Shown: positions 15,641 to 24,520 of the stretch, one piece after another
How positions within the stretch are numbered: the first letter of the stretch is position 1
Layout of the letters: each line of letters opens with the position of its first letter
Source of the DNA: Candidatus Vogelbacteria bacterium RIFOXYD1_FULL_46_19
GTDB taxonomy: Bacteria; Patescibacteriota; Minisyncoccia; Phycocordibacterales; XYD1-FULL-46-19
Direction of reading: 5' to 3'
Length of the DNA stretch: 64,000 bases
NCBI GenBank assembly: GCA_001824825.1
Contig: MHTK01000005.1
Coordinates: 16,173-80,172 of the forward strand
Translations under genes and position numbers: made by a program
The notes under the pieces: generated by a model
Databases searched by the model: none
The model's input: the letters and a program-made list of their open reading frames with translations, nothing else
Told to the model about the DNA's origin: nothing

Positions 15641-16180
15641 ATGGCTTACTATTACTCACCTTTTCGTAATAAATATTCCAAGAAACCGTCTGATTCAGGT
15701 TGTCCTTTTTGTAATACAGAGATGATGGAGAAGCAGTCTGTTAAATATTCCGACGGCACTATTATTGAAAACAAAACCTATCGGTGGGTGGTAAATATGT
15801 TCCCTAAGTTTGAAGGTCACACTATGGTAGTGCCCAAGCGCCATGTGACTAAAATCGGGTCAGAGACCACTCAAGAGATAAAAGATCGGGAAGAGCTAGT
15901 CGCTCTTGCCGCTAAGACTTTAAATGAAACTTACAATACCGATGGCGTGGAAGTTTTTCTTCAGACGGGGTTAAACTCGGAATCATCAATAAAACATCTT
16001 CATTGGCACGTGGTGTCATCACAGGCCAGTGACCCATTGCGCGGGTTTGACAAGTTGGGTCATTTTTTTACAATACAGGAGGATAATCCTAAGATCATAA
16101 TATTTCCGGTGCCGATTAAGAAAGCCAAGACTCAACTTTTAAAGGCCTTAGCTAAAACGCTGGGTCGGAAAGGACGGTAA
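15641..16180 (+). CDS. HIT-family (histidine triad) nucleotide hydrolase/transferase
   Basis: An N-terminal CPFC zinc motif (compare CIFC in bacterial Hit), PKRHV, and the histidine triad HLHWHVV. Confidence 0.7.
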   Translation: MAYYYSPFRNKYSKKPSDSGCPFCNTEMMEKQSVKYSDGTIIENKTYRWVVNMFPKFEGHTMVVPKRHVTKIGSETTQEIKDREELVALAAKTLNETYNTDGVEVFLQTGLNSESSIKHLHWHVVSSQASDPLRGFDKLGHFFTIQEDNPKIIIFPVPIKKAKTQLLKALAKTLGRKGR

Positions 16181-16182
16181 CA

Positions 16183-16917
16183 GTGAAAGCAGTGGTGATG
16201 GCGGGCGGGAAGGGGTCGCGTCTGATTTCCGCTAAAGGCCAAGTTAATAAGCACGTTTTGCCGGTTTATGATCGGCCGATGATCGAGCATGTGATTCGGA
16301 CGTTGGTAGCTGGCGGAGTCACTGAGGTGTTGGTTTTGCTGAACTGGTTTTATCCGCAGACTGTGATGGAGGTACTCGAAGATGGCACTCGGCTTAATTG
16401 TGACATCTATTACCGCTATCTGCGGGAAGTCGATGGACCTGGTCGGCAGTTGTACTTGGCCGAGAAGTGGGTGGGGGGAGAAGACTTCATCATTATGTTA
16501 GGGGATAGTCTCTATCTTCACCCACTTGATTTTCGCCACCTAACGGCACCGCATCTGTGGACCATGCCATCTGAGAATCTGGACGATGATCTGTCGAAGT
16601 ACGGTCAAGTTATGGTCGACGGTGATAAGGTGACGAAGCTTCGGGAAAAGGTTAGTTATCGTTTTGGTGAGTTAATCACGACGGCTACTTGGCTTTTTCC
16701 TCCCTCTGTTTTTGACCTGGCGCGCGGGCTGGATGCTGAAACAAAAGGCGAGGTTCACGTCGCTATGCTGTCTCAGGGCTTTATCGATCGCGGCGAAATG
16801 ACTCATACCACTTTGCCGGTCGGTTCCTATATTGACCTGGGGACACCAGATGCCTTGCTACGTGGAGCAAATATGCTTCAAGCCCGAGCGAAGGTGGCAC
16901 AGTTGATCACCGGTTAA
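16183..16917 (+). CDS. Sugar-phosphate nucleotidyltransferase (NTP_transferase family)
   Basis: The N-terminus MKAVVMAGGKGSRL… is the G-x-G-x-R-L signature of RmlA/GalU/GlmU-type nucleotidyltransferases. It starts 3 nt after the HIT gene, so the two are probably co-transcribed. Confidence 0.65.
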   Translation: MKAVVMAGGKGSRLISAKGQVNKHVLPVYDRPMIEHVIRTLVAGGVTEVLVLLNWFYPQTVMEVLEDGTRLNCDIYYRYLREVDGPGRQLYLAEKWVGGEDFIIMLGDSLYLHPLDFRHLTAPHLWTMPSENLDDDLSKYGQVMVDGDKVTKLREKVSYRFGELITTATWLFPPSVFDLARGLDAETKGEVHVAMLSQGFIDRGEMTHTTLPVGSYIDLGTPDALLRGANMLQARAKVAQLITG

Positions 16918-17016
16918 ACGAGCGACCAATCGTACTGTTGGAGCTATAAGTCTATCTTTCGGGATAGGCTTTTTTGTTAAGGCGACAAAAAAACCAACTC
17001 TGCTATAATTAATTAT

Positions 17017-17565
17017 ATGTCCCAAGTCTTATTCCAAGAATCACCAGTGGCGAAATTTCTGCTCTCGGATACCAGGGCGGCTTTCTTATGGCTCCCGATC
17101 CGTCTCTATGTGGGCTGGGCCTGGTTTACCGCTGGCTGGAGCAAACTAAACAATCCGGCTTGGGTGGGCAATGACATGGGTCACTCACTCACTGGTTTTA
17201 TTACCAAGGCGGTGGGAAAGGCAACCGGTGAGCATCCGGATGTACCACTGTGGTATGCCAATTTTTTGCAGACTGTGGTATTAGATAATGTCGAGACTTG
17301 GTCGGTGGTAGTAGCGACGGGGGAGTTTTTGGTTGGCCTCGGACTCTTATTGGGGCTATTTACGGGGGTAGCGGCTTTCTTTGGTTTAATGATGAATTTC
17401 AACTTTATGTTGGCTGGCTCGCTTAGTACTAACCCGATCCTGCTTGTCTTAAGTGTGGGGCTGGTTTTGGCGTGGAAAGTAGTGGGGCAGCTGGGGCTAG
17501 ATCGTTTTGTTCTACCGGCCTTGGGTACCCCTTGGCAGCCAGGGCGCTGGTTTAGGCAGAGTTGA
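17017..17565 (+). CDS. DoxX-like integral membrane protein (tentative)
   Basis: Four TM helices and a W-rich sequence (…LYVGWAWFTAGWSKL…). Family assignment is weak. Confidence 0.4.
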   Translation: MSQVLFQESPVAKFLLSDTRAAFLWLPIRLYVGWAWFTAGWSKLNNPAWVGNDMGHSLTGFITKAVGKATGEHPDVPLWYANFLQTVVLDNVETWSVVVATGEFLVGLGLLLGLFTGVAAFFGLMMNFNFMLAGSLSTNPILLVLSVGLVLAWKVVGQLGLDRFVLPALGTPWQPGRWFRQS

Positions 17566-17775
17566 CCCCGTGAAATAATTTACCCCAATTTTTTACTTTT
17601 TGTCATCATCCTGAGGTGGTATAAGTTTTCAGTGGTAATTTAAGAGTCTATATTTCACAGGGTTGACCCCGTGAAATAATTTACCCCAAGGTCTTTATTT
17701 AAATATAATTATTCTGAAGTGATATTTGGTCTCAATGAGGATTTCAGATTTCCTATTTCACAGAGTTGACAAAAA
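17551..17775. repeat. Degenerate tandem repeat, ~100-bp unit × 2.3, each unit bounded by palindromic motif tatttcacag(g/a)gttgac(cccgtgaaata)
   Basis: Unit starts are at 17553, 17655 and 17757. TTTCAC-N-GTGAAA dyads are centred on TTGAC. The internal regions are similar (atcctgaggtggtata vs attctgaagtgatatt). Confidence 0.6.
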
Positions 17776-17894
17776 ATTTAAAATCATTTATGTTATAGAC
17801 TGCAAGTTTAAGGAAGTTGTTTGGTTGGGCTGTGGCTCCTTAGACTTGCCCCAAACGGTGCGTCAGGCCCCATCCTGACGCACCTATTTTTTTT
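17766..17894 (+). ncRNA. Candidate small RNA: promoter (TTGACA-17-TATGTT) → ~95-nt transcript → intrinsic terminator (ggtgcgtcagg cccca tcctgacgcacc + T9)
   Basis: The -35 is at 17766-17771 and the -10 at 17789-17794. The terminator spans 17857-17894. No ORF longer than 10 codons lies between them. Confidence 0.4.
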
Positions 17895-18035
17895 TGATAA
17901 ACAGTGGATAAATGATTGCACCTTCAGGATGAGCTTGGTATAGTTTAAATAGTACCGGCGGTAACTTGATCACTATTTGATCGGGTTGCAGGGGCCGCCG
18001 GCTTGGGTCCTTGTCTTACTTAGGAGGAATTGCCT

Positions 18036-18464
18036 ATGAAAGTTCTCCTCGTGGTGGGGTTAGTAGCCTTACTAGCCTTCGCCTTGGTGTTAGCGATTGG
18101 CCCTCCGGCCCTCGCTGGCACTCAAGCTGTACCGGTGGTGGTAGCCAAAGTTGCCCCGCTGGGAGCATGGGCATATTCCTCTATTGAGGAAGGGGAGACG
18201 CGGATTTTCCCTTCAGATTCATTGCTTGTACTGGCGATTTTTCAGCACGGATCAGCCGAGCACTTGTCGGTGGAAATTTCGACCAGTAGCGGTAGCGACT
18301 TTATCTATTCGTTTGGGGCCTCGGCTCTGTTGTCGGCTGACTACTCCGAGAAAGTAGAGGTGACGGCGCCCGGCGCCAGTCGTAGAGCGTTGGCAGTCGT
18401 TGAGTTAGACTGCCGTTCGGCTCTCGTTCTTGAAAGGAGGGTCATGGCGCGAGCCCTGGCCTGA
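18036..18464 (+). CDS. Small secreted Ala/Val-rich protein, hypothetical
   Basis: AGGAGG sits 6 nt upstream of the ATG. The N-terminus is signal-peptide-like (MKVLLVVGLVALLAFALVLAIGPPALA). A terminator follows. Confidence 0.55.
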   Translation: MKVLLVVGLVALLAFALVLAIGPPALAGTQAVPVVVAKVAPLGAWAYSSIEEGETRIFPSDSLLVLAIFQHGSAEHLSVEISTSSGSDFIYSFGASALLSADYSEKVEVTAPGASRRALAVVELDCRSALVLERRVMARALA

Positions 18465-18491
18465 TCTAGCTCTTAAGTATTGTTGACTTTA

Positions 18492-18528
18492 ACCCCCTGA
18501 GGCTTAGCTTCAGGGGGTTGTCTTTTTA
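18492..18528. terminator. Bidirectional terminator (aaccccctgaggc ttagc ttcagggggtt gtcttttt)
   Basis: It lies between the convergent 18036 gene (+) and the anti-sigma gene (−). Confidence 0.6.
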
Positions 18529-18532
18529 AATA

Positions 18533-19618
18533 TTAAAATTTAAGTAGCGGTAGGAGTGAGGGATTTTCAAGAAGAGAGGTAGCGGCCGGTAAAATCTGCG
18601 GTGGTCCCTTGGTGACAGGTTTTAGAGGGTCATTATCGGAGGTCAGATTTTCTTTTGAGTTATCTTTGGTAACTATAGTTTCGGAGGGACCTTTAGAAGA
18701 AGGATTTGTAGAATTAGTGGTGAGATTGGCTCCTTCTTCAGACTCCGCTGGTTCAAACAAAGAAGTTGGTCGAAAGGGTGCTCCATCTTGATGTTCTGAT
18801 TGTGGAGTTTGGTTAGGCTTAAGGACATTTAACTGTCCGTTCACTAGATCAATCATTTTAAGTGGAGCTTTATCGCTTTGGGCGGTTTCTAGCATCTGTT
18901 TGTAGTTTTCTAAGTCTGCGATAAAGTCGGCTGGTACGTCAGCTTTAGCTGGTTGGTTTGTAATCAGTTTACGATTACTGGCCGGTGGTGGGGTAAAAGA
19001 CTCTTTCGACCTTAAGGCGGTGTCGGACTTCTTGGTCACTTCAAGGGTAGTTGCCATCGCTCGGGTTTCTTCGGCTAGAGCGGTAACACCCTCCTTCTCA
19101 TTAGTGGTGACACTAGCGGCGGACGCCGACTCGACCTGATAAAGAAAAGCCACGTGGTCACTAAAAAGCTCAACCAGGGTGTTTTCGAACTCGGGAGTCA
19201 GCTGGTTATTTTGGGCCAGTATTACCGCTTCGGCTAATCGCCGTTTAGCTTGAGTTAGGTGCCATGTATTAGATTTTTCGCCGGCCGGAGTTATGGCACT
19301 GATGATATTTTCATTAACATCAGTCTTAATGGGGTATAAAAAATCTCCGGGCACAGTGCCTTCAGCCGCGTAAGAAACCCCGGATAGGGCAAATAAAAAA
19401 ACCGCGAGGCCAGCTAAAACTGGTTTGGGTGGCAGGAAGCGGCCTAGAATTAGGCGCAAGTCCATATAGCCACCACTATTTTTTTGATCGGAAGAATTAA
19501 AACCGGCTCGGGTATAATTTTTTTCTAAAATAGCCTCTAGGATCCTAGCTTTAATGTTTGGTTCTAGCTGGATCTTTTTAAGGGAGGCAAGGTGTTTTTG
19601 AATCTCGGCGTCGTTCAT
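18533..19618 (-). CDS. Putative membrane-anchored anti-sigma factor (DUF5667-like extracytoplasmic domain)
   Basis: It lies immediately downstream of, and probably co-transcribed with, the ECF sigma gene. It has a single TM after a 60-aa cytoplasmic N-terminus, a DFLYPIK…TWHLTQAKRRLAEAVIL block, and a low-complexity S/T/P-rich C-terminus. Confidence 0.5.
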   Translation of the reverse strand: MNDAEIQKHLASLKKIQLEPNIKARILEAILEKNYTRAGFNSSDQKNSGGYMDLRLILGRFLPPKPVLAGLAVFLFALSGVSYAAEGTVPGDFLYPIKTDVNENIISAITPAGEKSNTWHLTQAKRRLAEAVILAQNNQLTPEFENTLVELFSDHVAFLYQVESASAASVTTNEKEGVTALAEETRAMATTLEVTKKSDTALRSKESFTPPPASNRKLITNQPAKADVPADFIADLENYKQMLETAQSDKAPLKMIDLVNGQLNVLKPNQTPQSEHQDGAPFRPTSLFEPAESEEGANLTTNSTNPSSKGPSETIVTKDNSKENLTSDNDPLKPVTKGPPQILPAATSLLENPSLLPLLKF

Positions 19619-19716
19619 TTTTGTTGTGGTTATCTTTATGGGTTTTAATAGACTTAAAAACTTTAAAAGAAATATATTAATAAGCTGTTAATAACTATAC
19701 CTCAGATAAGCTTGGT

Positions 19717-20220
19717 TTAAGTGGTGGCTTGGCCGTTTTTGAGCAACTCTCGCAGTTGGGTCATGCCACGATTTATCCTGACAGACACATTATTCTCAGT
19801 CTCACCGATAATACTGGCAATATCCTTAGGTCCTAAATCCTCAACAAATTTCATCAGGAGCACCTGTTTGTATTTCTCATCGAGCTGTTCTAAATATTTA
19901 TACACTTGCTCGATTTCCGCTCCCGCCTCAATAGCGGCGTGACCCCGATCTGAAGGGGAAAAGCCGTCGTCAAGTAACCGGTCTAAAGAAAAGGATTTCT
20001 TTTTACGATAGGTATCAATTAAAAGATTATGGGCAATCGTAAACAAAAATGTCTTTTCGTTTTCAATCAATTGGCCGTTGGTGACGCATTTCCAGACGCG
20101 AGTAAAAGTTTCTTGGACCAAGTCTTTGGCCTGCTCCTTATCCGATACTCTAAAATAGCAGTATCGGAAGATGGCATCCGCATAAGATTCGTACATAGCG
20201 GTAAATTGATTTTCGGTCAT
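19717..20220 (-). CDS. RNA polymerase sigma factor, ECF (sigma-70 family group 4)
   Basis: A 167-aa protein with region 2 (…FRYCYFRVSDKEQAKDLVQETFTRVW…) and region 4 (…DIASIIGETENNVSVRINRGMTQLRELL). Confidence 0.85.
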   Translation of the reverse strand: MTENQFTAMYESYADAIFRYCYFRVSDKEQAKDLVQETFTRVWKCVTNGQLIENEKTFLFTIAHNLLIDTYRKKKSFSLDRLLDDGFSPSDRGHAAIEAGAEIEQVYKYLEQLDEKYKQVLLMKFVEDLGPKDIASIIGETENNVSVRINRGMTQLRELLKNGQATT

Positions 20221-20487
20221 AGATATATTAAAACAATTTGACGACCGATCAGAGCTATACTTAAAAGACGGACTGGAGGTGCTTTTCTTACATACGGCCG
20301 AGTGGAATCTAAGGAAGCCCTCAGACGGTCGCGGGTAATCGCTAATTATAACATTTTAAGATATTAGCCGCAAGACCAGCCTTCTAGGCTGAAGACCTTA
20401 CCAAGCTGGGCTTTGACAGCTGGGAGGCGCAGGGTAGAATTAATAGTAGAGGCCGATATTAGTAGTCTGATAATTAAAATAAGTATT

Positions 20488-20739
20488 ATGGATAACACTA
20501 CGATAAACATGCCGGAGTCATCCGCTCCGCGCAATGATGATAGTGGTTTTGGGGTAGTAATTGGAGTAATTATTGCCGTTTTGATCGTTATTATCCTGTT
20601 TATGTTTGGTATTTCTCGAGACACTAATGTGGAAGTTCCAGCCGAGGAAGGGAATATTGGAGAGGTGGAAATTGATGTTAATTTGCCAACCTCCCCAGCT
20701 GACGGTGGAGCTGAGACGCCGGTAGTTCCGGCCCAGTAG
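20488..20739 (+). CDS. Small single-pass membrane protein, hypothetical
   Basis: An 84-aa protein starting at MDNTTINMPESS with one TM helix (GVVIGVIIAVLIVIILFMF). It is preferred over the low-complexity antisense ORF 20364..20747. A terminator follows. Confidence 0.35.
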   Translation: MDNTTINMPESSAPRNDDSGFGVVIGVIIAVLIVIILFMFGISRDTNVEVPAEEGNIGEVEIDVNLPTSPADGGAETPVVPAQ

Positions 20740-20771
20740 AGTCTCACTCAAGCTTCATTTATAGCTTAAGT

Positions 20772-20795
20772 AAAAACCCGCCACTGGCGGGGTTT
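20772..20795. terminator. Bidirectional terminator (aaaacccgcc actg gcggggtttt)
   Basis: A perfect palindrome with A/T tracts on both sides, between convergent genes. Confidence 0.65.
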
Positions 20796-20807
20796 TACTT
20801 AGTTTCT

Positions 20808-21134
20808 TTATGGCCGATGATCGAAGCGATTAGGTGAAGCCAGGTAGATTTTGTTGACTGTGGTGAGGCAGAACCAGCCAATCAGGGCGTAAATTAAGAG
20901 GGCAAATAAGGTAGACACTTCTAGACTAGAACCGGTTTCGGGGCTAAGGGCCGGAAAAATGTTGGCAAAGGGGGTAAGGAGGGGCTCGGTAGTGCTGTAA
21001 AGCCAAGCGGTAAAAGGGGTGACTAAGTTAGCCCCGAGTAACTTAAGGATTAGCCGACCGCCCAGAAGGGCAATAATCAGACCAAAAATCAAATTGATCA
21101 AATAAACGATTATCAAACGTGAATTAGCATTCAT
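20808..21134 (-). CDS. YggT-like small membrane protein (tentative)
   Basis: A 108-aa protein with two TM helices. Its size and topology are reminiscent of YggT/Ycf19, but no firm motif was found. Confidence 0.4.
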   Translation of the reverse strand: MNANSRLIIVYLINLIFGLIIALLGGRLILKLLGANLVTPFTAWLYSTTEPLLTPFANIFPALSPETGSSLEVSTLFALLIYALIGWFCLTTVNKIYLASPNRFDHRP

Positions 21135-21236
21135 AATTAGTGGATAGGTGTTAAAACATTAAAAGTCGACTGTTGGTATGGCTTAACCTAATCTATAAAC
21201 GAAATTATCCAGCCAAATCTTTCTTTTTGGTCATTT

Positions 21237-23240
21237 TTGTTTATAATGCACCCTGTAAGGAAGTTGACGGAAAAGGTAGTGAAGGAGGGTTGTAAACTAG
21301 ATAATTCTCATATGGCTAAAAACAAATCGAAGAAAAATCGACCTAAAAATTCGTCAAAAAAGGTGTGGAACCAGTTTGGGAGCCAGATTTTTTTGGCTTT
21401 GCTTTTACTGTTAGGACTGGTGATGTTTTACTCGGCCCTAACCGAAAACCGTAGTCAAACCGAAGAAATTAGCTTATCGGAACTGGCGGCCCTGGTGCTA
21501 GCGGCGAAGGTGGAGAAAATTGCGGTGGCAGGCGATGAGCTGTCGGTAACTTTAGTGGATGGCACGGAGAAACTGTCGAAAAAAGAAACCGAGTCTTCAC
21601 TATCGGAAACTCTTATTAACTATGGCGTGAGCGGCGAACAGCTGACGGCGCTCCAACTGGATGTGACCAAGGCGGGCGGGCTGGGGTACTGGGTTTTAAA
21701 TATTTTACCCTTTCTGATCCCGCTCATCTTTTTAGTGGTGTTTTTCTGGCTCGTATCACGCCAAATGAAGGGGGCATCGATGCAAGCTTTCTCTTTTGGG
21801 CAATCGCGGGCCCGGATTATTGACCCGAATGATAAAAGTCAAAAAGTCCTGTTTAAAGATGTGGCCGGCGCTAAGGAAGCTAAAGATGAACTGATGGAAA
21901 TCGTTGATTTTTTGAAAAATCCGAAAAAATTCTTGGATATTGGCGCCCGTATTCCTAAGGGGGTGCTAATGATGGGGGCCCCGGGCACCGGTAAAACTTT
22001 GCTCGCGCGAGCGGTGGCCGGTGAGGCTCACGTGCCATTTTTCTATTTATCGGGTTCGGAGTTTGTGGAAATGTTTGTTGGCGTAGGGGCATCCCGTGTG
22101 CGCGATTTGTTTAAAATGGCCAAGCGTACGGCGCCGGCGATTATTTTTATTGATGAGATAGACGCTATTGGCCGGCACCGCGGTTCTGGTATGGGGGGTG
22201 GCAATGATGAACGAGAGCAAACCTTAAACCAAATTTTAGTGGAAATGGACGGTTTTGAACCGAATGAAAAGCTGATTGTAATGGCGGCCACCAACCGGCC
22301 CGATGTTTTGGACCGGGCCTTGTTGCGCCCTGGGCGGTTTGATCGACGGGTCATCTTAGAGGCCCCAGATATTAATGATCGGGAAGAAATTTTAAAATTA
22401 CATGCTAATAAAAAACCTTTGGCTGAGGATGTAAACATTAGGGTGATTGCTCAGCGGACGCCGGGTTTTTCTGGGGCGGACTTGGCGAACTTAATGAATG
22501 AGGCGGCCATCCTGGCGGCTAGAGAAAATCGAACCGAGGTGGGGCAGTTCGACTTGATTCGTAGTGTGGAAAAAGTGATGCTGGGTCCAGAGCGCAAGAG
22601 CCATATTTTGTCGGAAAAAGAAAAAGAAATCACGGCTTACCACGAGATGGGGCACGCTTTAGTGGCTTCGGTTTTATCTTATGCCGACCCGGTGCATAAA
22701 GTCTCGATTATTTCGCGGGGGCACGCCGCTGGTTATACTTTGAAACTGCCACTCGAGGACCGAAAGCTTAACTCTAAAAATGAATTCTTAGATGACCTAG
22801 CGGTGTCTTTGGGTGGCTACGCGGTGGAACAACTAATTTTCGGAGATATTACCACGGGTGCTTCCAATGATATTCAGGTAGCTACTTCCCTCGCTCGAGC
22901 GATGGTGACCCGTTATGGGATGAGCGAAAAAGTGGGTCCGATCGACTTTGGGGCTAGTACGGTTTCTCACTTAGGCGATGTGCCTTTGTCGGAAAAGAGC
23001 GCTTCCGAAAGTACTTGGGCAGTCATTGACGGTGAAGTTTCGGCTTTAATGAAGCACGCTTTGAATCGGGCGACCGAAGTGGTGACGGGCAATCTAGATG
23101 CTCTTCATCACTTGTCCAAAGAATTAGTGCGAGTGGAAACTCTCGAGCGGGCCGACTTTGAAACTTTGCTCAAGGCTCACGGGATTGAACCTAAAGTCGA
23201 ACCCAAGTTAGTCTCGGAAATAGCTAAAGCGACACTCTAA
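21237..23240 (+). CDS. ftsH: ATP-dependent zinc metalloprotease FtsH
   Basis: Walker A ([23 protein letters not shown]), a second region of homology, and the HEMGHAL zinc site. There are two N-terminal TM helices. Alternative starts lie at 21246 and 21312; none has a strong SD. Confidence 0.9.
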   Translation: MFIMHPVRKLTEKVVKEGCKLDNSHMAKNKSKKNRPKNSSKKVWNQFGSQIFLALLLLLGLVMFYSALTENRSQTEEISLSELAALVLAAKVEKIAVAGDELSVTLVDGTEKLSKKETESSLSETLINYGVSGEQLTALQLDVTKAGGLGYWVLNILPFLIPLIFLVVFFWLVSRQMKGASMQAFSFGQSRARIIDPNDKSQKVLFKDVAGAKEAKDELMEIVDFLKNPKKFLDIGARIPKGVLMMGAPGTGKTLLARAVAGEAHVPFFYLSGSEFVEMFVGVGASRVRDLFKMAKRTAPAIIFIDEIDAIGRHRGSGMGGGNDEREQTLNQILVEMDGFEPNEKLIVMAATNRPDVLDRALLRPGRFDRRVILEAPDINDREEILKLHANKKPLAEDVNIRVIAQRTPGFSGADLANLMNEAAILAARENRTEVGQFDLIRSVEKVMLGPERKSHILSEKEKEITAYHEMGHALVASVLSYADPVHKVSIISRGHAAGYTLKLPLEDRKLNSKNEFLDDLAVSLGGYAVEQLIFGDITTGASNDIQVATSLARAMVTRYGMSEKVGPIDFGASTVSHLGDVPLSEKSASESTWAVIDGEVSALMKHALNRATEVVTGNLDALHHLSKELVRVETLERADFETLLKAHGIEPKVEPKLVSEIAKATL

Positions 23241-23261
23241 GTTTAAGTCATAAATATTGCT

Positions 23262-23978
23262 ATGGCGGTTTTTAAAATTTGGAAACCGGTCGGCCTCACA
23301 CCGCTCGAGGCTGTTAAAAGACTCCAACAAATAAGGCCAGATTTAGGCGGAGTTAAACTGACTTACGCCGGTCGGTTGGATCCCTTGGCTCTGGGGGTGA
23401 TGATTATTTTGTCGGCCGGTGATATTAAAGACAAAGAGCAGTTTTTAGTCTTACCTAAAACTTATGAAGTTGAGATTTTACTGGGGGCGGCGACTGACAG
23501 CGGCGACGTCTTGGGACTCTCGACTAAGGTGGTGAAGCCTGAAATAGTAAGCCTCGAGCGAGTAGCCATGGCCACTCGGTCCTTAGTCGGCAAGCGACGG
23601 CAAACCGCCCCTCGCTACTCGGCGCCGGGTTTGGATGGGAAAGTTTTTACCCGCTCGGTTGAAATAAAGTCGGTCGCTGTAGGTGAGAGACAGATGATAT
23701 TGGCCGAAGCTTTACTTAAACTGATTGAGGAAAAAATTTTCCTGGTGATGGGGGACTTTCGGCAAGCGGAAATTCTGGCCGGTTGGCAGAGGGAATTGAA
23801 ACGATGGTCCAGCTGTAACTTTCCGGTCATTCCACTTACTATCGAGTGCTCAAGCGGTACTTATGTTCGACTTCTGGCCCGGGAGTTGGGGCGACAACTA
23901 GAATTGCCGGCTTTAGCTCTCCATATTAAAAGAATCAAGGTGGGGGAGATCACCGAGAGTGACTGTGTTAAGGTTTAG
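23262..23978 (+). CDS. truB: tRNA pseudouridine(55) synthase TruB-like
   Basis: YAGRLDPLALGVMIIL matches the catalytic Asp motif GxLDPxAxGVL. It is followed by KTYEVEILLGAATDSGDVLG. Confidence 0.65.
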   Translation: MAVFKIWKPVGLTPLEAVKRLQQIRPDLGGVKLTYAGRLDPLALGVMIILSAGDIKDKEQFLVLPKTYEVEILLGAATDSGDVLGLSTKVVKPEIVSLERVAMATRSLVGKRRQTAPRYSAPGLDGKVFTRSVEIKSVAVGERQMILAEALLKLIEEKIFLVMGDFRQAEILAGWQRELKRWSSCNFPVIPLTIECSSGTYVRLLARELGRQLELPALALHIKRIKVGEITESDCVKV

Positions 23979-24032
23979 ATAAGTCGCTGGCGAATTTGAT
24001 TTTTAATATAATGAGGTTATGCTAGTTTTGTG

Positions 24033-24105
24033 GCGCGTGTAGCTCAGTTGGTAGAGCGCGGAGCTTATACCTCCGTGGTCCCAGGTTCGAGTCCTGGCAC
24101 GCGCA
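24033..24105 (+). tRNA. tRNA with anticodon UAU (reads AUA; Ile); CCA not encoded
   Basis: Cloverleaf: acceptor GCGCGUG/CACGCGC, D-arm GCUC-AGUUGGUA-GAGC, anticodon stem CGGAG/CUCCG with loop CUUAUAC (U33, A37), T-arm CCAGG-UUCGAGU-CCUGG, discriminator A. Confidence 0.8.
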
Positions 24106-24115
24106 CAAAATCTTA

Positions 24116-24150
24116 AGTCCTGAAGTGAAAGCTTCAGGACTTTTGATTTT
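24116..24150 (+). terminator. Intrinsic terminator after tRNA (agtcctgaag tgaaag cttcaggact tttgatttt)
   Basis: A perfect 10-bp stem followed by a U-tract. Confidence 0.65.
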
Positions 24151-24520
24151 GTAGCAGCGTGAGGGACTCGAAAGCCGGAGCCGGTATACAAGATTTTGAG
24201 GTAACGAAAAATGCTTGTCGGCGAGGCGGGGTAGCGACCTTCGTAGCGGAGATTTATCGAAGCAGAAGAGTTGTGACCGAGTCCTGGCACGCGCACCTGA
24301 ACAAAGTGAGGGTGAGAGTGTAGCAAGCCAACTGCTTGGCTTGCGTCAGGACTCGAAAGACTTTTCGTTACCGAGTATCTGATAAAGATAATCGGTCGAA
24401 AAGTACCCGCCCCCGTTGGGGGAGAGTCTTTACCTACGCGCACCCGAACAAAGTGAGGTAAGAGTGCCGCGCATCTTTGTGTTGTCATAGGTGTGATTAT
24501 GCGCACCAGAAAAAATATTC
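24151..24520. repeat. ~370-nt non-coding block composed of direct and inverted copies of the tRNA(UAU) 3' half
   Basis: A direct copy cgagtcctggcacgcgcac (24278-24296) is a 19/19 match to the tRNA at 24087-24105. A partial direct copy acgcgcacc is at 24436-24444. Mirror (reverse-complement) copies gcgtgagggactcgaaag (24157-24174) and gcgtcaggactcgaaag (24343-24359) are present. The block has internal degenerate tandem structure (cgcgcacc[t/c]gaacaaagtgagg[g/t][t/a]gagagtg occurs twice). The antisense 185-aa ORF here is judged spurious. Confidence 0.6.

Noticed and set aside
20364-20747. 127-aa minus-strand ORF overlapping the 84-aa plus-strand membrane ORF
   Set aside because: It is a low-complexity S/T/P/I-rich translation without TM or start signals. 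The plus-strand ORF has a credible TM helix and is followed by a terminator. Both calls remain weak.
24144-24520. RNase P RNA: partial resemblance to the conserved blocks GGUAAGAG(C/U)GC, GAAAG-CCGG-GC and GCAAG-CCAA
   Set aside because: The matches are short and duplicated, in the wrong order, and lack the universal P4 strands (AGGAAAGUCCGGGC / ACAGAANCCGGCUUA). The motifs are better explained as copies of the adjacent tRNA 3' half.
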